Part shown: one piece after another, positions 1-7,469 of the stretch
Position numbering within the stretch: the first letter of the stretch is position 1
How the letters are laid out: each line of letters opens with the position of its first letter
Origin: Desulfobulbus propionicus DSM 2032
GTDB lineage: Bacteria; Desulfobacterota; Desulfobulbia; Desulfobulbales; Desulfobulbaceae
Direction of reading: 5' to 3'
DNA length: 32,000 bases
Assembly (NCBI RefSeq): GCF_000186885.1
Contig: NC_014972.1
Coordinates: forward strand, 2,370,001 to 2,402,000
Program-made: the position numbers and the translations under genes
The notes under the pieces: generated by a model
Told to the model about the DNA's origin: nothing
The model's input: only the letters and a program-made list of their open reading frames with translations
Database searches by the model: none

Positions 1-1590
1 TGTGCGCCATTTGAAAGTTAAACCATTATGTTGCGCCTGCACCGCAGGAGTGACGGTGACCGTGAACGGCATGTTTGCCGGAGTCCCCGAGGGCTCCTCC
101 AGGGTCGCATTGATGAATTTAATCGTGTATTTTTCATCGACATTAATGGTGACCGTGGCGCTGGTGTAACCGGCGGTGGTCACGTTGGCGGAATTGGCGC
201 CGATGCCGACGCTGAACTGCTCCGCCGTCTCCACCAGGTTGTCATTGATGATCGGCACGCTGATCGTGCCGCTGGTCACCGAGCCGTCACCGTTGATCGT
301 CAGGGTGGAGGCGGGCGCGGTGTAATCCGCCCCCTCGGCCGCCGTTCCCGGGGTATGCGATACATTGAACACCACCGTGTCGCCCGTCCGCACCGGCTGA
401 TTCAATTTCACCGTCAACGTCACGTTGCCAACGCTCTCGGCGACAGTGGCGTTTGCAAATCCGACCACCGCGTAGGTGTCGCCATCGTCATTGATGGTCA
501 CCGTGGCGCTCTCATGGCCCGTGGTAATCACATTGGTCGAAGACGCACTGATGCCAACCGTGAACTGTTCCGTTTCCTCCACCAGGATGTCATTGGTGAT
601 CGGCACGCTGATCGTGCCGCTGTCCGCGCCGGCAGCAATCGTCAGGGTGGAAGCGGGCGCGGTGTAATCCGATCCCGCGGTCGCCGTGCCCGATGCGTGC
701 GAAACATTGAGCACCACGCTGTCTCCCGTGACCACCGCCTGGTTCAGCTGCACCGTCAAGGTCGCTGTGCCCGCGCCCTCGTCGACCGTTATCCCCGAAA
801 AGCCGCTCACCGCATAGGTATCGCCGGCATCGTTGATGGTCACCGTGGCACTGCTGTTGCCCCCTGTCGTCACATTGGCCGAATTGGCGCCGATGCCGAC
901 ACTGAATTGCTCCGCCGTCTCCACCAGGCTGTCATTGATGATCGGCACACTGATCGTGCCGCTGGTCACCGAGTCGTCGCCGGTGATCGTCAAGGTGGAG
1001 GCGGGCGCGGTGTAATCCGAACCTGCCGCCGCCGTGCCCGCTGTGTGCGAAACATCCAGTACCACCGTGTCGCCGGTACGCACCGGTTGATTGAGTTGAA
1101 CGATCAGGTTCGCGTTGCCGCCATCCTCGCTGACGGTGACCCCGGAAAATCCGCTCACCGCATAGGTATCGCCATCGTCGGCAATCGTGATGGTGGCGCT
1201 TTGATTGAGACCCGCCGCGTTGCTTGCCGGGTCCCCCGCGAGCGAGACGACAATATTCTCCGTTGATTCGACCAGATGGTCATCGGCAAGGGCCACAGTG
1301 ATCGTGCCGTTGTCCTCTCCAGGATTGATGGTCAGGGATGCCGCCGGAGGCGTGTAATCGCTGCCGGCAGTAGCCGTTCCTGCCGTCGTCACGGCAAACT
1401 GTACCGTGTCACCAACCGCGACAGGCTTATCCAACTGCACCGTCAACGTCACGGTTCCCGTGTGCTCCGTGACCGCAGCCCCGGAAAATGCGGCGATACT
1501 GTAGGTATCCGCCACAGCCCGGCCATGGACGGCCATCATGATCAACGCCGCCAACACACCGGCCCACCACCGCATCTTCATCTTTCCCAT
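1..1590 (-). CDS. Secreted Calx-beta-repeat protein, N-terminal part, running off the left edge
   Basis: Minus-strand frame is open from ATG 1590 to position 1. Hand translation begins MGKMKMRWWAGVLAALIMMAVHGRAVADTYSIAAFSGAAVTEHTGTVTLTVQL (signal peptide), then repeated modules such as GDTYAVSGFSGVTVSEDGG...SDYTAPASTLTI...SGTISVPIINDSLVETAEQFSVGIGANSANVTT...SATVTIND, typical of Calx-beta domains. Absent from the ORF track because it lacks an in-window stop. Confidence 0.85.
   Translation of the reverse strand, partial: MGKMKMRWWAGVLAALIMMAVHGRAVADTYSIAAFSGAAVTEHTGTVTLTVQLDKPVAVGDTVQFAVTTAGTATAGSDYTPPAASLTINPGEDNGTITVALADDHLVESTENIVVSLAGDPASNAAGLNQSATITIADDGDTYAVSGFSGVTVSEDGGNANLIVQLNQPVRTGDTVVLDVSHTAGTAAAGSDYTAPASTLTITGDDSVTSGTISVPIINDSLVETAEQFSVGIGANSANVTTGGNSSATVTINDAGDTYAVSGFSGITVDEGAGTATLTVQLNQAVVTGDSVVLNVSHASGTATAGSDYTAPASTLTIAAGADSGTISVPITNDILVEETEQFTVGISASSTNVITTGHESATVTINDDGDTYAVVGFANATVAESVGNVTLTVKLNQPVRTGDTVVFNVSHTPGTAAEGADYTAPASTLTINGDGSVTSGTISVPIINDNLVETAEQFSVGIGANSANVTTAGYTSATVTINVDEKYTIKFINATLEEPSGTPANMPFTVTVTPAVQAQHNGLTFKWRT
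180..1560 (-). repeat. Imperfect tandem coding repeats, about 345 bp (about 115 aa) period, Calx-beta modules
   Basis: Recurring + strand strings 'gatgccgacgctgaactgctcc' and 'ggcacgctgatcgtgccgctggtcacc' at roughly 340-345 nt intervals. Protein modules each begin GDTYAV. Confidence 0.75.
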
Positions 1591-1646
1591 CCTGTTCACC
1601 AATGATTTCATCGGAAACGCTCCCTCCAGCGGAATCCACAATGCCG

Positions 1647-2309
1647 TCAAGGCAGATAGACTGTTTTTTTATAGCCGACCATCAGCAGCCGCCGGCCCGC
1701 ATACGCCTTACCCGTGCCGGACTTGACATCGTACATGCCGTAGACGGTGTAACATTTTTCCACCTTCTCGGAATTCGACACATCGGAACCGGCGCAGATA
1801 TCGTAACTGTTGTTATCCGAATTGAGATTGCCCTGAACGGCGGCATACCAGATACGGTCCTTGTCCTTGGTGCCGTCCGAATCATACCCATTGGGGACAA
1901 TATCCCGATCTCCAACGGTAAAGGAGGTGGCCTGTGGGGTGATCAGCGGATCGGGCCAGTTGGCGCTTATCTCCAGATCGATCACGCTGCCGCCGTCCGG
2001 ATCATTGGGCCGTAACCATTTGTGGGTGGCGAGACTCAAACTTTTCAGTGGGTCCTCAAGCAAATCGGTATCGCTCAGATTTTCAATGGCCGTCGCCCCT
2101 TCCACGGTCACCGCTTCCACCGCGTAAAAGTTGGTGTGGATGATCTCGGTATTGCGCACGATCTGCTGCTCGGTGTTGCGAATCATCATCGAGGCCCCGC
2201 CCATGATGGACAACACCACCAGCATCATCAGCGCCATGACCATGACAAAGCCGTGTTCGTTGTCCAGCGGGGGCTTTCCCTGCCATGTACTGTAAGTCTT
2301 AGACGGCAT
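1647..2309 (-). CDS. PilX-like type IV pilus assembly protein
   Basis: 220 aa; N-term HGFVMVMALMMLVVLSIMGGASMMIRNTEQQIVRNTEIIHTNFYAVEA is typical of PilX_N proteins. Lies directly downstream of PilW- and PilV-like genes. Confidence 0.8.
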   Translation of the reverse strand: MPSKTYSTWQGKPPLDNEHGFVMVMALMMLVVLSIMGGASMMIRNTEQQIVRNTEIIHTNFYAVEAVTVEGATAIENLSDTDLLEDPLKSLSLATHKWLRPNDPDGGSVIDLEISANWPDPLITPQATSFTVGDRDIVPNGYDSDGTKDKDRIWYAAVQGNLNSDNNSYDICAGSDVSNSEKVEKCYTVYGMYDVKSGTGKAYAGRRLLMVGYKKTVYLP

Positions 2310-2319
2310 GGTGCTCTCC

Positions 2320-2985
2320 TCACATATTGTTCAAGCCGGTGTTGCGGAAATCGACCGAGGTCCGGTAGGTGCGCTCGATCATCCCCTCCCGGCCCGCCGG
2401 AGCCTGGGCGGTGATGGTGATGACCGCGCCGCGAATCTCCGAAACAAGCGAGGTGGGATTGTTCTTTTTGTCGCGATAACTGAAATCCAGGGCGGTCACC
2501 TTGATATTGGAGTCTGCGCCGCCGATCAAGGTTTCGGCGTCGGTGCCACAAATGCTATGTATGGATTTACCGGTCAGATTGTAGCGGAAGGTTCGATTCT
2601 CACACCTGCTTTCAGGGGATTTGCTGTAAGGGTCGTTTTTCGCTACGGTTCCGTCCGCTTTATAGCCGCCGACTTTTTCATCGCCGTCGTAATCAGCCTC
2701 GAAGCGAAATTGTGTGGCTTCCGCCTTTCTAATCTTAAAATCACCGCTCTTGGCGGGATCATAGGCCGCCATCCGTGTTTCACTGACAATCACATCCATG
2801 GCGGCGCGCACCTCCTGTTGCAGGGCCGCGGCCGCGTTCTGGGTGGTGTACAGTCTGCCGGAACGTTCAAAGACCGCAGTCATCGAGGCGATGATGATGC
2901 TGACAATGGCCAGGGCCACCAGCATCTCCAGCAGCGAAAAGCCGGCTGACCGATTCCAGGGAGGAACGACTCTCCAAGTGCTCAT
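2320..2985 (-). CDS. PilW-like minor pilin with prepilin N-terminus
   Basis: 221 aa; GFSLLEMLVALAIVSIIIASMTAVFERSGRLYTTQNAAAALQQEVRAAMDVIVSETRMAAYDP. Confidence 0.8.
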   Translation of the reverse strand: MSTWRVVPPWNRSAGFSLLEMLVALAIVSIIIASMTAVFERSGRLYTTQNAAAALQQEVRAAMDVIVSETRMAAYDPAKSGDFKIRKAEATQFRFEADYDGDEKVGGYKADGTVAKNDPYSKSPESRCENRTFRYNLTGKSIHSICGTDAETLIGGADSNIKVTALDFSYRDKKNNPTSLVSEIRGAVITITAQAPAGREGMIERTYRTSVDFRNTGLNNM

Positions 2986-3395
2986 ACCCCGTTCCCCTGT
3001 GTCAAGCTGCGAAGGGTGATCGGATGACCGCCAATGCCGCCCAGGCGGGTGACGGTCACGGTGATGAAACGGGAAGCCGTTCCTCCCATGGGATTGCTCA
3101 CCACCACATCCACTCTGTACGGCCCGCCAGGCTGGCCGGTTTCATCGACATTGTTCAGGGTGCTGTTGTTCAGCGAGTTGGGGTTGGACTGGTTTTTATA
3201 CTGCTCCATGATCCGCTGCGCCAGGTTCAGCTGGTGGGTGACCACGTTGCCATTGGTGTTGCCGTTGACGATATGATACTGAATACCGACCACCGACAGA
3301 ATGCCGATGGTCAAGATCGACACCGCGATCATGACCTCAAGCAGGGTAAATCCCTGTTGCCCCTTTCCCCTGTTGTTCACACTTTCCGTGTTCAT
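2982..3395 (-). CDS. PilV-like minor pilin with prepilin N-terminus
   Basis: GFTLLEVMIAVSILTIGILSVVGIQ...LAQRIMEQ. The ORF extends to 3425, but MNTESVNNRGKGQQGFTLLE from ATG at 3395 is the likelier start. Overlaps the next gene by 4 nt. Confidence 0.8.
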   Translation of the reverse strand: MNTESVNNRGKGQQGFTLLEVMIAVSILTIGILSVVGIQYHIVNGNTNGNVVTHQLNLAQRIMEQYKNQSNPNSLNNSTLNNVDETGQPGGPYRVDVVVSNPMGGTASRFITVTVTRLGGIGGHPITLRSLTQGNGV

Positions 3396-3658
3396 AGGCG
3401 CTTCCTCCACAACCCGCTCAAACAAGAATCAGGCCAATTGCCTGCACGTGCGGCCGATACCGGCAAATAAGGCTAGTCATTGAATACCAAAAGCAAAAAG
3501 CAGGTACATTTTTTTCACTGACCGTTCTCAAGTCGCATAGTTCTATAAAAATTTTTTCCAAATACACTTGTACTATAAAAAAATTTAACACGGCAAGGTC
3601 GTCGACCATGATCGAATGCACACCCTCTCCCTTTTGGCCGCGGGGAAGATACCGTTCT

Positions 3659-5056
3659 TCATGACGAATCCTTGCCAACGGGAGCAAGGGCGTACTCCTT
3701 GATTTTGGCGAGCAGGGATGGATAACTGATCTCCAACAATTCCGATGCCTTGGATTTGTTGCCGCCGGTCACCTCCAGGGCACGGCCAATAAGCGCGGTT
3801 TCCATGATCCGCTGGGCCTGCTTGATGGAAAATCCACCAAAAAAATCATCGAGCCGCCGCCCGCTGGGGCGAACACCGAATTGCGGGGGCAGGTTCTCCG
3901 GCAACAGCACCTTTTTTTCGGCCAAAATCACCGCCCGTTCGATCACGTTTTCCAGTTCACGCACATTGCCCGGCCAGCCATGCTGGAGCAACAACGCCAT
4001 GGTCGAGGGCGCGATGCCGGTCACCGGCGATTCGAGCCTGCGGACGTAGCGTTGAAGGAAAAATTCGCTGAGCAGGGGAATGTCGCCGGTCCGCTCACGC
4101 AAGGGCGGCAAGGCGATGTGCACCACATTGAGCCGGTAGAACAGATCCTGGCGGAACAACCCCATCCGCACCTCCTGCGCCAAGTCCCGGGCGGTGGCGG
4201 CAATCACCCGTACGTCGACCTTTCGGGGGCAGGCCGCACCCAACGGCTGCACTTCCCCCTCCTGCAACACCCGCAGCAGCTTCACCTGCAACGACAACGG
4301 CAATTCGCCGATTTCATCGAGAAACAGGGTCCCGCCGTCCGCCTCCAAAAACAGGCCGACCTTGTCCTTGTCCGCGCCGGTAAATGCCCCTTTTTTATAA
4401 CCGAACAGTTCGCTTTCAATCAGATTGTCGGGCAATCCGCCGCAGTTGACGGCCACGAACCTGCCCGACACCCGGCCGCTCTGCTGGTGAATCCCCTGGG
4501 CCACCAACTCCTTGCCGGTACCGCTTTCGCCGGTGATCAGCACGGTGGTCGAATGGGGAGCCACCTTGGCGGCCAGGGCGAACACCTCCTGCATGGCCTT
4601 GCTGTGCGCCACCATTCTGCCAAACGTATATTCTTCCTTCAATGCGGCCACGGTATTGCGCAGCTCGCGATTCGCCCGTCGCAGTCCTTCCCGTTCCTCG
4701 GCCTTGCGCAGGGTCAGCTCAATTTCCTCGGCCTTGAACGGCTTGGAGATATAATCATAGGCCCCGAGACGCATGGCCGCCAAGGCGGTGTCAACAGAGC
4801 CAAAGGCGGACATCATGATGATCGTGGCGCTGATTCCGGCTGCGATCGCCTGACGGAGAAACTCCAGGCCATCCATTCCCGGCATGCGAATATCACAGAG
4901 CACCACATCAAAATCCCCCGTGGCCAGGGCGTCAAGGCCTGCCTGGCCATGGGCCGCCACCTCGACCTGATAGCCAAGGCGGCTGAGGACCGAGGTCAGC
5001 ATGTGCCGCATGTTTTCTTCATCGTCAATGATCAGGAGACGCTGCTTACTGGGCAT
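3659..5056 (-). CDS. Sigma54-dependent response regulator (receiver, AAA+, Fis-type HTH)
   Basis: IDDEENMRHML...VVLCDIRMPGMDG (receiver), GESGTGKE Walker A, GAFTGADK sigma54-contact loop, GGTLFLDEIGELPL, C-terminal GNKSKASELLEISYPSLLAKIKEY. Start ATG 5056 (MPSKQRLLIIDDE) preferred over 5101. Confidence 0.93.
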   Translation of the reverse strand: MPSKQRLLIIDDEENMRHMLTSVLSRLGYQVEVAAHGQAGLDALATGDFDVVLCDIRMPGMDGLEFLRQAIAAGISATIIMMSAFGSVDTALAAMRLGAYDYISKPFKAEEIELTLRKAEEREGLRRANRELRNTVAALKEEYTFGRMVAHSKAMQEVFALAAKVAPHSTTVLITGESGTGKELVAQGIHQQSGRVSGRFVAVNCGGLPDNLIESELFGYKKGAFTGADKDKVGLFLEADGGTLFLDEIGELPLSLQVKLLRVLQEGEVQPLGAACPRKVDVRVIAATARDLAQEVRMGLFRQDLFYRLNVVHIALPPLRERTGDIPLLSEFFLQRYVRRLESPVTGIAPSTMALLLQHGWPGNVRELENVIERAVILAEKKVLLPENLPPQFGVRPSGRRLDDFFGGFSIKQAQRIMETALIGRALEVTGGNKSKASELLEISYPSLLAKIKEYALAPVGKDSS

Positions 5057-5146
5057 GGTGGATTTCCGAAAAGTGACATGGAGCGTGCGCCTGCCGTCCA
5101 AAAATGGGCTGCCGGATTGCGTCAGTGACGCTGGACACGTTCGCCA

Positions 5147-6691
5147 TCAGACGCCAGACTCCGCGTGGTCCAACATTTGCGATGCCGCCAGGGGAAGGGC
5201 GATGGTCACCACCGCGCCCCCACCTTCCCTGTTGGCCAGACTGATAACGCCGCCCATGCTCTTGAGCAGGGCATAAGAGACCGACAATCCCAATCCGGTG
5301 CCCCTGCCCGGTTCCTTGGTGGTGAAAAAGGGATCAAAGGCATTGGCCAACTCGTCCTTGGTCAGGCCGACACCGGTATCGCTGATGGTTATCCGCAGCA
5401 TCCTGGCCGGCTCGATCAGGTCGACATCGGTCGCCACCTCGATGGTTCCCTGGCCGCTCGTTGCGGCACGAATGGCGTCGGCGGCGTTGATCAGGCAATT
5501 CAACAATACCTGCATCAATTGGGCCGGATTGGCATGCACCAAGCAATCCATCGCGGCAAAACGGGTGGTGAGGGTGATGGAGTCCATCAGGGGCTGCGGC
5601 TGGAGCAGGGCGATCACCTCGGCGAGCACCTGATGCGGATCGATAGCTTCCTGATGGCCACTTGCCGGCCGGGAAAAATCGAGCAATTGACGGACCAGTT
5701 GGCCGATGCGCTGCAGTTCGTGTTCGGCTCGGCTGCAAAATTCCTCGCGCTCCGCGCCTCCCAGGTCATCGTGACGGATCAGTCCCAGATAGCCTTGGAC
5801 AATGCCCAGGGGGTTGCCGATCTCATGGGCCAAACCAGCGGCCAGCCTGCCCACGGAGGAAAGTTTTTCGGCACGCACCATTTCCTCGCGGGAGGCGATC
5901 AGTTGCCGGTTCGCCTCCTGCAACGAAGCCACATGCTCCCGCAGCTTGTCCTGGTCGGCCTTGATGCGCGCCAGCATCTGCTGCATCGATCCGGCCAGCT
6001 GCCGCAGTTCGTCACCACCCTGCAGGGCTAAGAACGGCACGCCGCTTTCATCGCGATAGGAATCGGTCAGCCGGATAAGCTGTTCCACCGGACGAAAAAC
6101 AGCGGAACGAAGGCGGAAAAACCCGATCACCAGTAGGACGATCAGATTGACGGCCAAATACCCTGCCACCAGACGCTGCATGGTGCGAATTCGCGCGTAA
6201 TGAGGTTCCAGGGAAAAACGCAGGGCCACGCCGCCGCGCACATGGTCCGGCGAGATAGCCGGCAGTGCGATATCCAGATATTTTTTCCCAGGGACCACGC
6301 CCACCCAGGCGAGTCCGTTCAGGGAACGAACCGCTTTGCCCGTTTGCATCGCCTCGCGCAGTTGCCGTTCAAGATGTTGCCGATCTGGCAGGGGTTGGCC
6401 GAGACACAGCACAACGCCATGCTCCGCTTGACCACATCCGCTCATCGCCCCGGCCCGGCTGACTCCTTCGTTGACAAGGGCGGCGAAAAAATCCCTCTCC
6501 TTGCCCAGTTCCATGCGGCGGCCAGCCAACCGCTCGGCCACTGCCGCCATTTCTATCCCCTTTTCACGGGCCAGCGACAAGGCCGAATCCCGCAGCCAAA
6601 ACGAGCCGATGACAAAAAATGTCAGCCCAGTAGCCGCGACAAGCAAGGCGAAAAAAAGAGCGGTGACATGAAGCTTCAATCCGCGGTACAC
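5147..6691 (-). CDS. Membrane sensor histidine kinase (HAMP, HisKA, HATPase)
   Basis: 514 aa; N-terminal TM, second TM LVAGYLAVNLIVLLVIGFF, HAMP-like region, H-box LAAGLAHEIGNPLG, N-box LLNCLINAADAI, G-boxes DTGVGLTK...GRGTGLGLSV. Upstream of, and co-oriented with, the response regulator. Confidence 0.92.
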   Translation of the reverse strand: MYRGLKLHVTALFFALLVAATGLTFFVIGSFWLRDSALSLAREKGIEMAAVAERLAGRRMELGKERDFFAALVNEGVSRAGAMSGCGQAEHGVVLCLGQPLPDRQHLERQLREAMQTGKAVRSLNGLAWVGVVPGKKYLDIALPAISPDHVRGGVALRFSLEPHYARIRTMQRLVAGYLAVNLIVLLVIGFFRLRSAVFRPVEQLIRLTDSYRDESGVPFLALQGGDELRQLAGSMQQMLARIKADQDKLREHVASLQEANRQLIASREEMVRAEKLSSVGRLAAGLAHEIGNPLGIVQGYLGLIRHDDLGGAEREEFCSRAEHELQRIGQLVRQLLDFSRPASGHQEAIDPHQVLAEVIALLQPQPLMDSITLTTRFAAMDCLVHANPAQLMQVLLNCLINAADAIRAATSGQGTIEVATDVDLIEPARMLRITISDTGVGLTKDELANAFDPFFTTKEPGRGTGLGLSVSYALLKSMGGVISLANREGGGAVVTIALPLAASQMLDHAESGV

Positions 6692-6740
6692 AATTCATTC
6701 ACTCGATAATGCATTGAAACAAAAAGGAAAGAATGATAGA

Positions 6741-6775
6741 CTGACAAAAATTGTCAGCCACGGACAACGATTGTC
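6741..6775. promoter_or_regulatory. Two tandem palindromes, putative activator-binding (UAS) sites
   Basis: CTGACAA-AAA-TTGTCAG (6741-6757, centre 6749) and GACAA-CGA-TTGTC (6763-6775, centre 6769). Centres are exactly 20 bp apart and lie about 130-150 bp upstream of the sigma54 -12 element. Confidence 0.6.
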
Positions 6776-6884
6776 AACGACACGAACCACTGCTCCCGAG
6801 GTATTGTAGAGGCGCAAGGACAAAAAAACAAAGAAAACCAGATAACAATCTGAAATTCTAACAAAAGAAAAAATTCAACAAAAT

Positions 6885-6900
6885 TGGCACGGCTAGTGCT
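6885..6900 (+). promoter_or_regulatory. Sigma54 (RpoN) -24/-12 promoter upstream of the pilin gene
   Basis: TGGCACGGCTAGTGCT: GG-N10-GC spacing with full TGGCACG -24 element. Confidence 0.85.
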
Positions 6901-6978
6901 TAATGACTGGCAATGAAAATTTCCGCCGGCGAAGGGATGACCGGCGGCACCACAACACACCTTTTGGAGGGTACACAC

Positions 6979-7410
6979 ATGACATTGAACAAACTGAGAC
7001 TGCAGGCAAACGAAAAAGGCTTCACCCTGATCGAGTTGATGATCGTTATCGCGATTATCGGTATCTTGGCAGCGATTGCTATTCCGAACTTTATTGCGTA
7101 TAGAAATAAGACTTTTTGCACCCGTGCTGAATCAGATGCCAATGGTATTGCCGCAGCTCTTGCCGACTATTTTTCTATCCCCAACCATACCGCAACCCCA
7201 ACCCTTGCCCAACTTAACAACGGAGCTGGATTCACACTTTCTGGAGAAGGTGCAACAATCAATACAGCAGCAATCATTGGGGCTGATCCAAACGCAGGAA
7301 TTACAATTTCCGTAACTGACGGTTCAGGTCGATGCCCTGACGACTACATGGACGCATCAGCAGATTGGGATACAGCTACAAGTGTATACCGTAAACGAAT
7401 TGAGCCATAA
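6979..7410 (+). CDS. pilA: Type IV major pilin-like prepilin
   Basis: RBS ggagg at 6966-6970. [14 protein letters not shown]|[32 protein letters not shown]... gives a canonical prepilin peptidase site and Glu5. The ORF listed from 6913 has an unlikely upstream extension. Confidence 0.93.
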   Translation: MTLNKLRLQANEKGFTLIELMIVIAIIGILAAIAIPNFIAYRNKTFCTRAESDANGIAAALADYFSIPNHTATPTLAQLNNGAGFTLSGEGATINTAAIIGADPNAGITISVTDGSGRCPDDYMDASADWDTATSVYRKRIEP

Positions 7411-7440
7411 CCTACTTCCCGTTGATCAATGACCAACCAA

Positions 7441-7469
7441 AGGAGGAAAAGCAATTTTCCTCCTTTTTT
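7441..7469 (+). terminator. Rho-independent terminator of the pilin transcript
   Basis: AGGAGGAAAA-GCAA-TTTTCCTCCT (10 bp perfect stem) continuing into a T run to 7469. Confidence 0.85.

Noticed and set aside
28-1266. 412-aa + strand ORF presented first in the track
   Set aside because: Repetitive antisense shadow of the Calx-beta gene, with no recognisable fold; the minus frame has a signal peptide and clear repeat domains.
3594-3611. Sigma54-like element on the minus strand upstream of pilV (TGGTCGACGACCTTGCC)
   Set aside because: GG-to-GC spacing is 11 rather than 10 and the -24 element is poor, so it was not called as a promoter.
6979-7410. Possible conductive (e-pilin / cable-bacteria-like) pilin
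   Set aside because: The mature protein is longer (about 129 aa) than the short Geobacter-type conductive pilins and aromatic residues are not obviously dense. Sequence alone cannot support conductivity.
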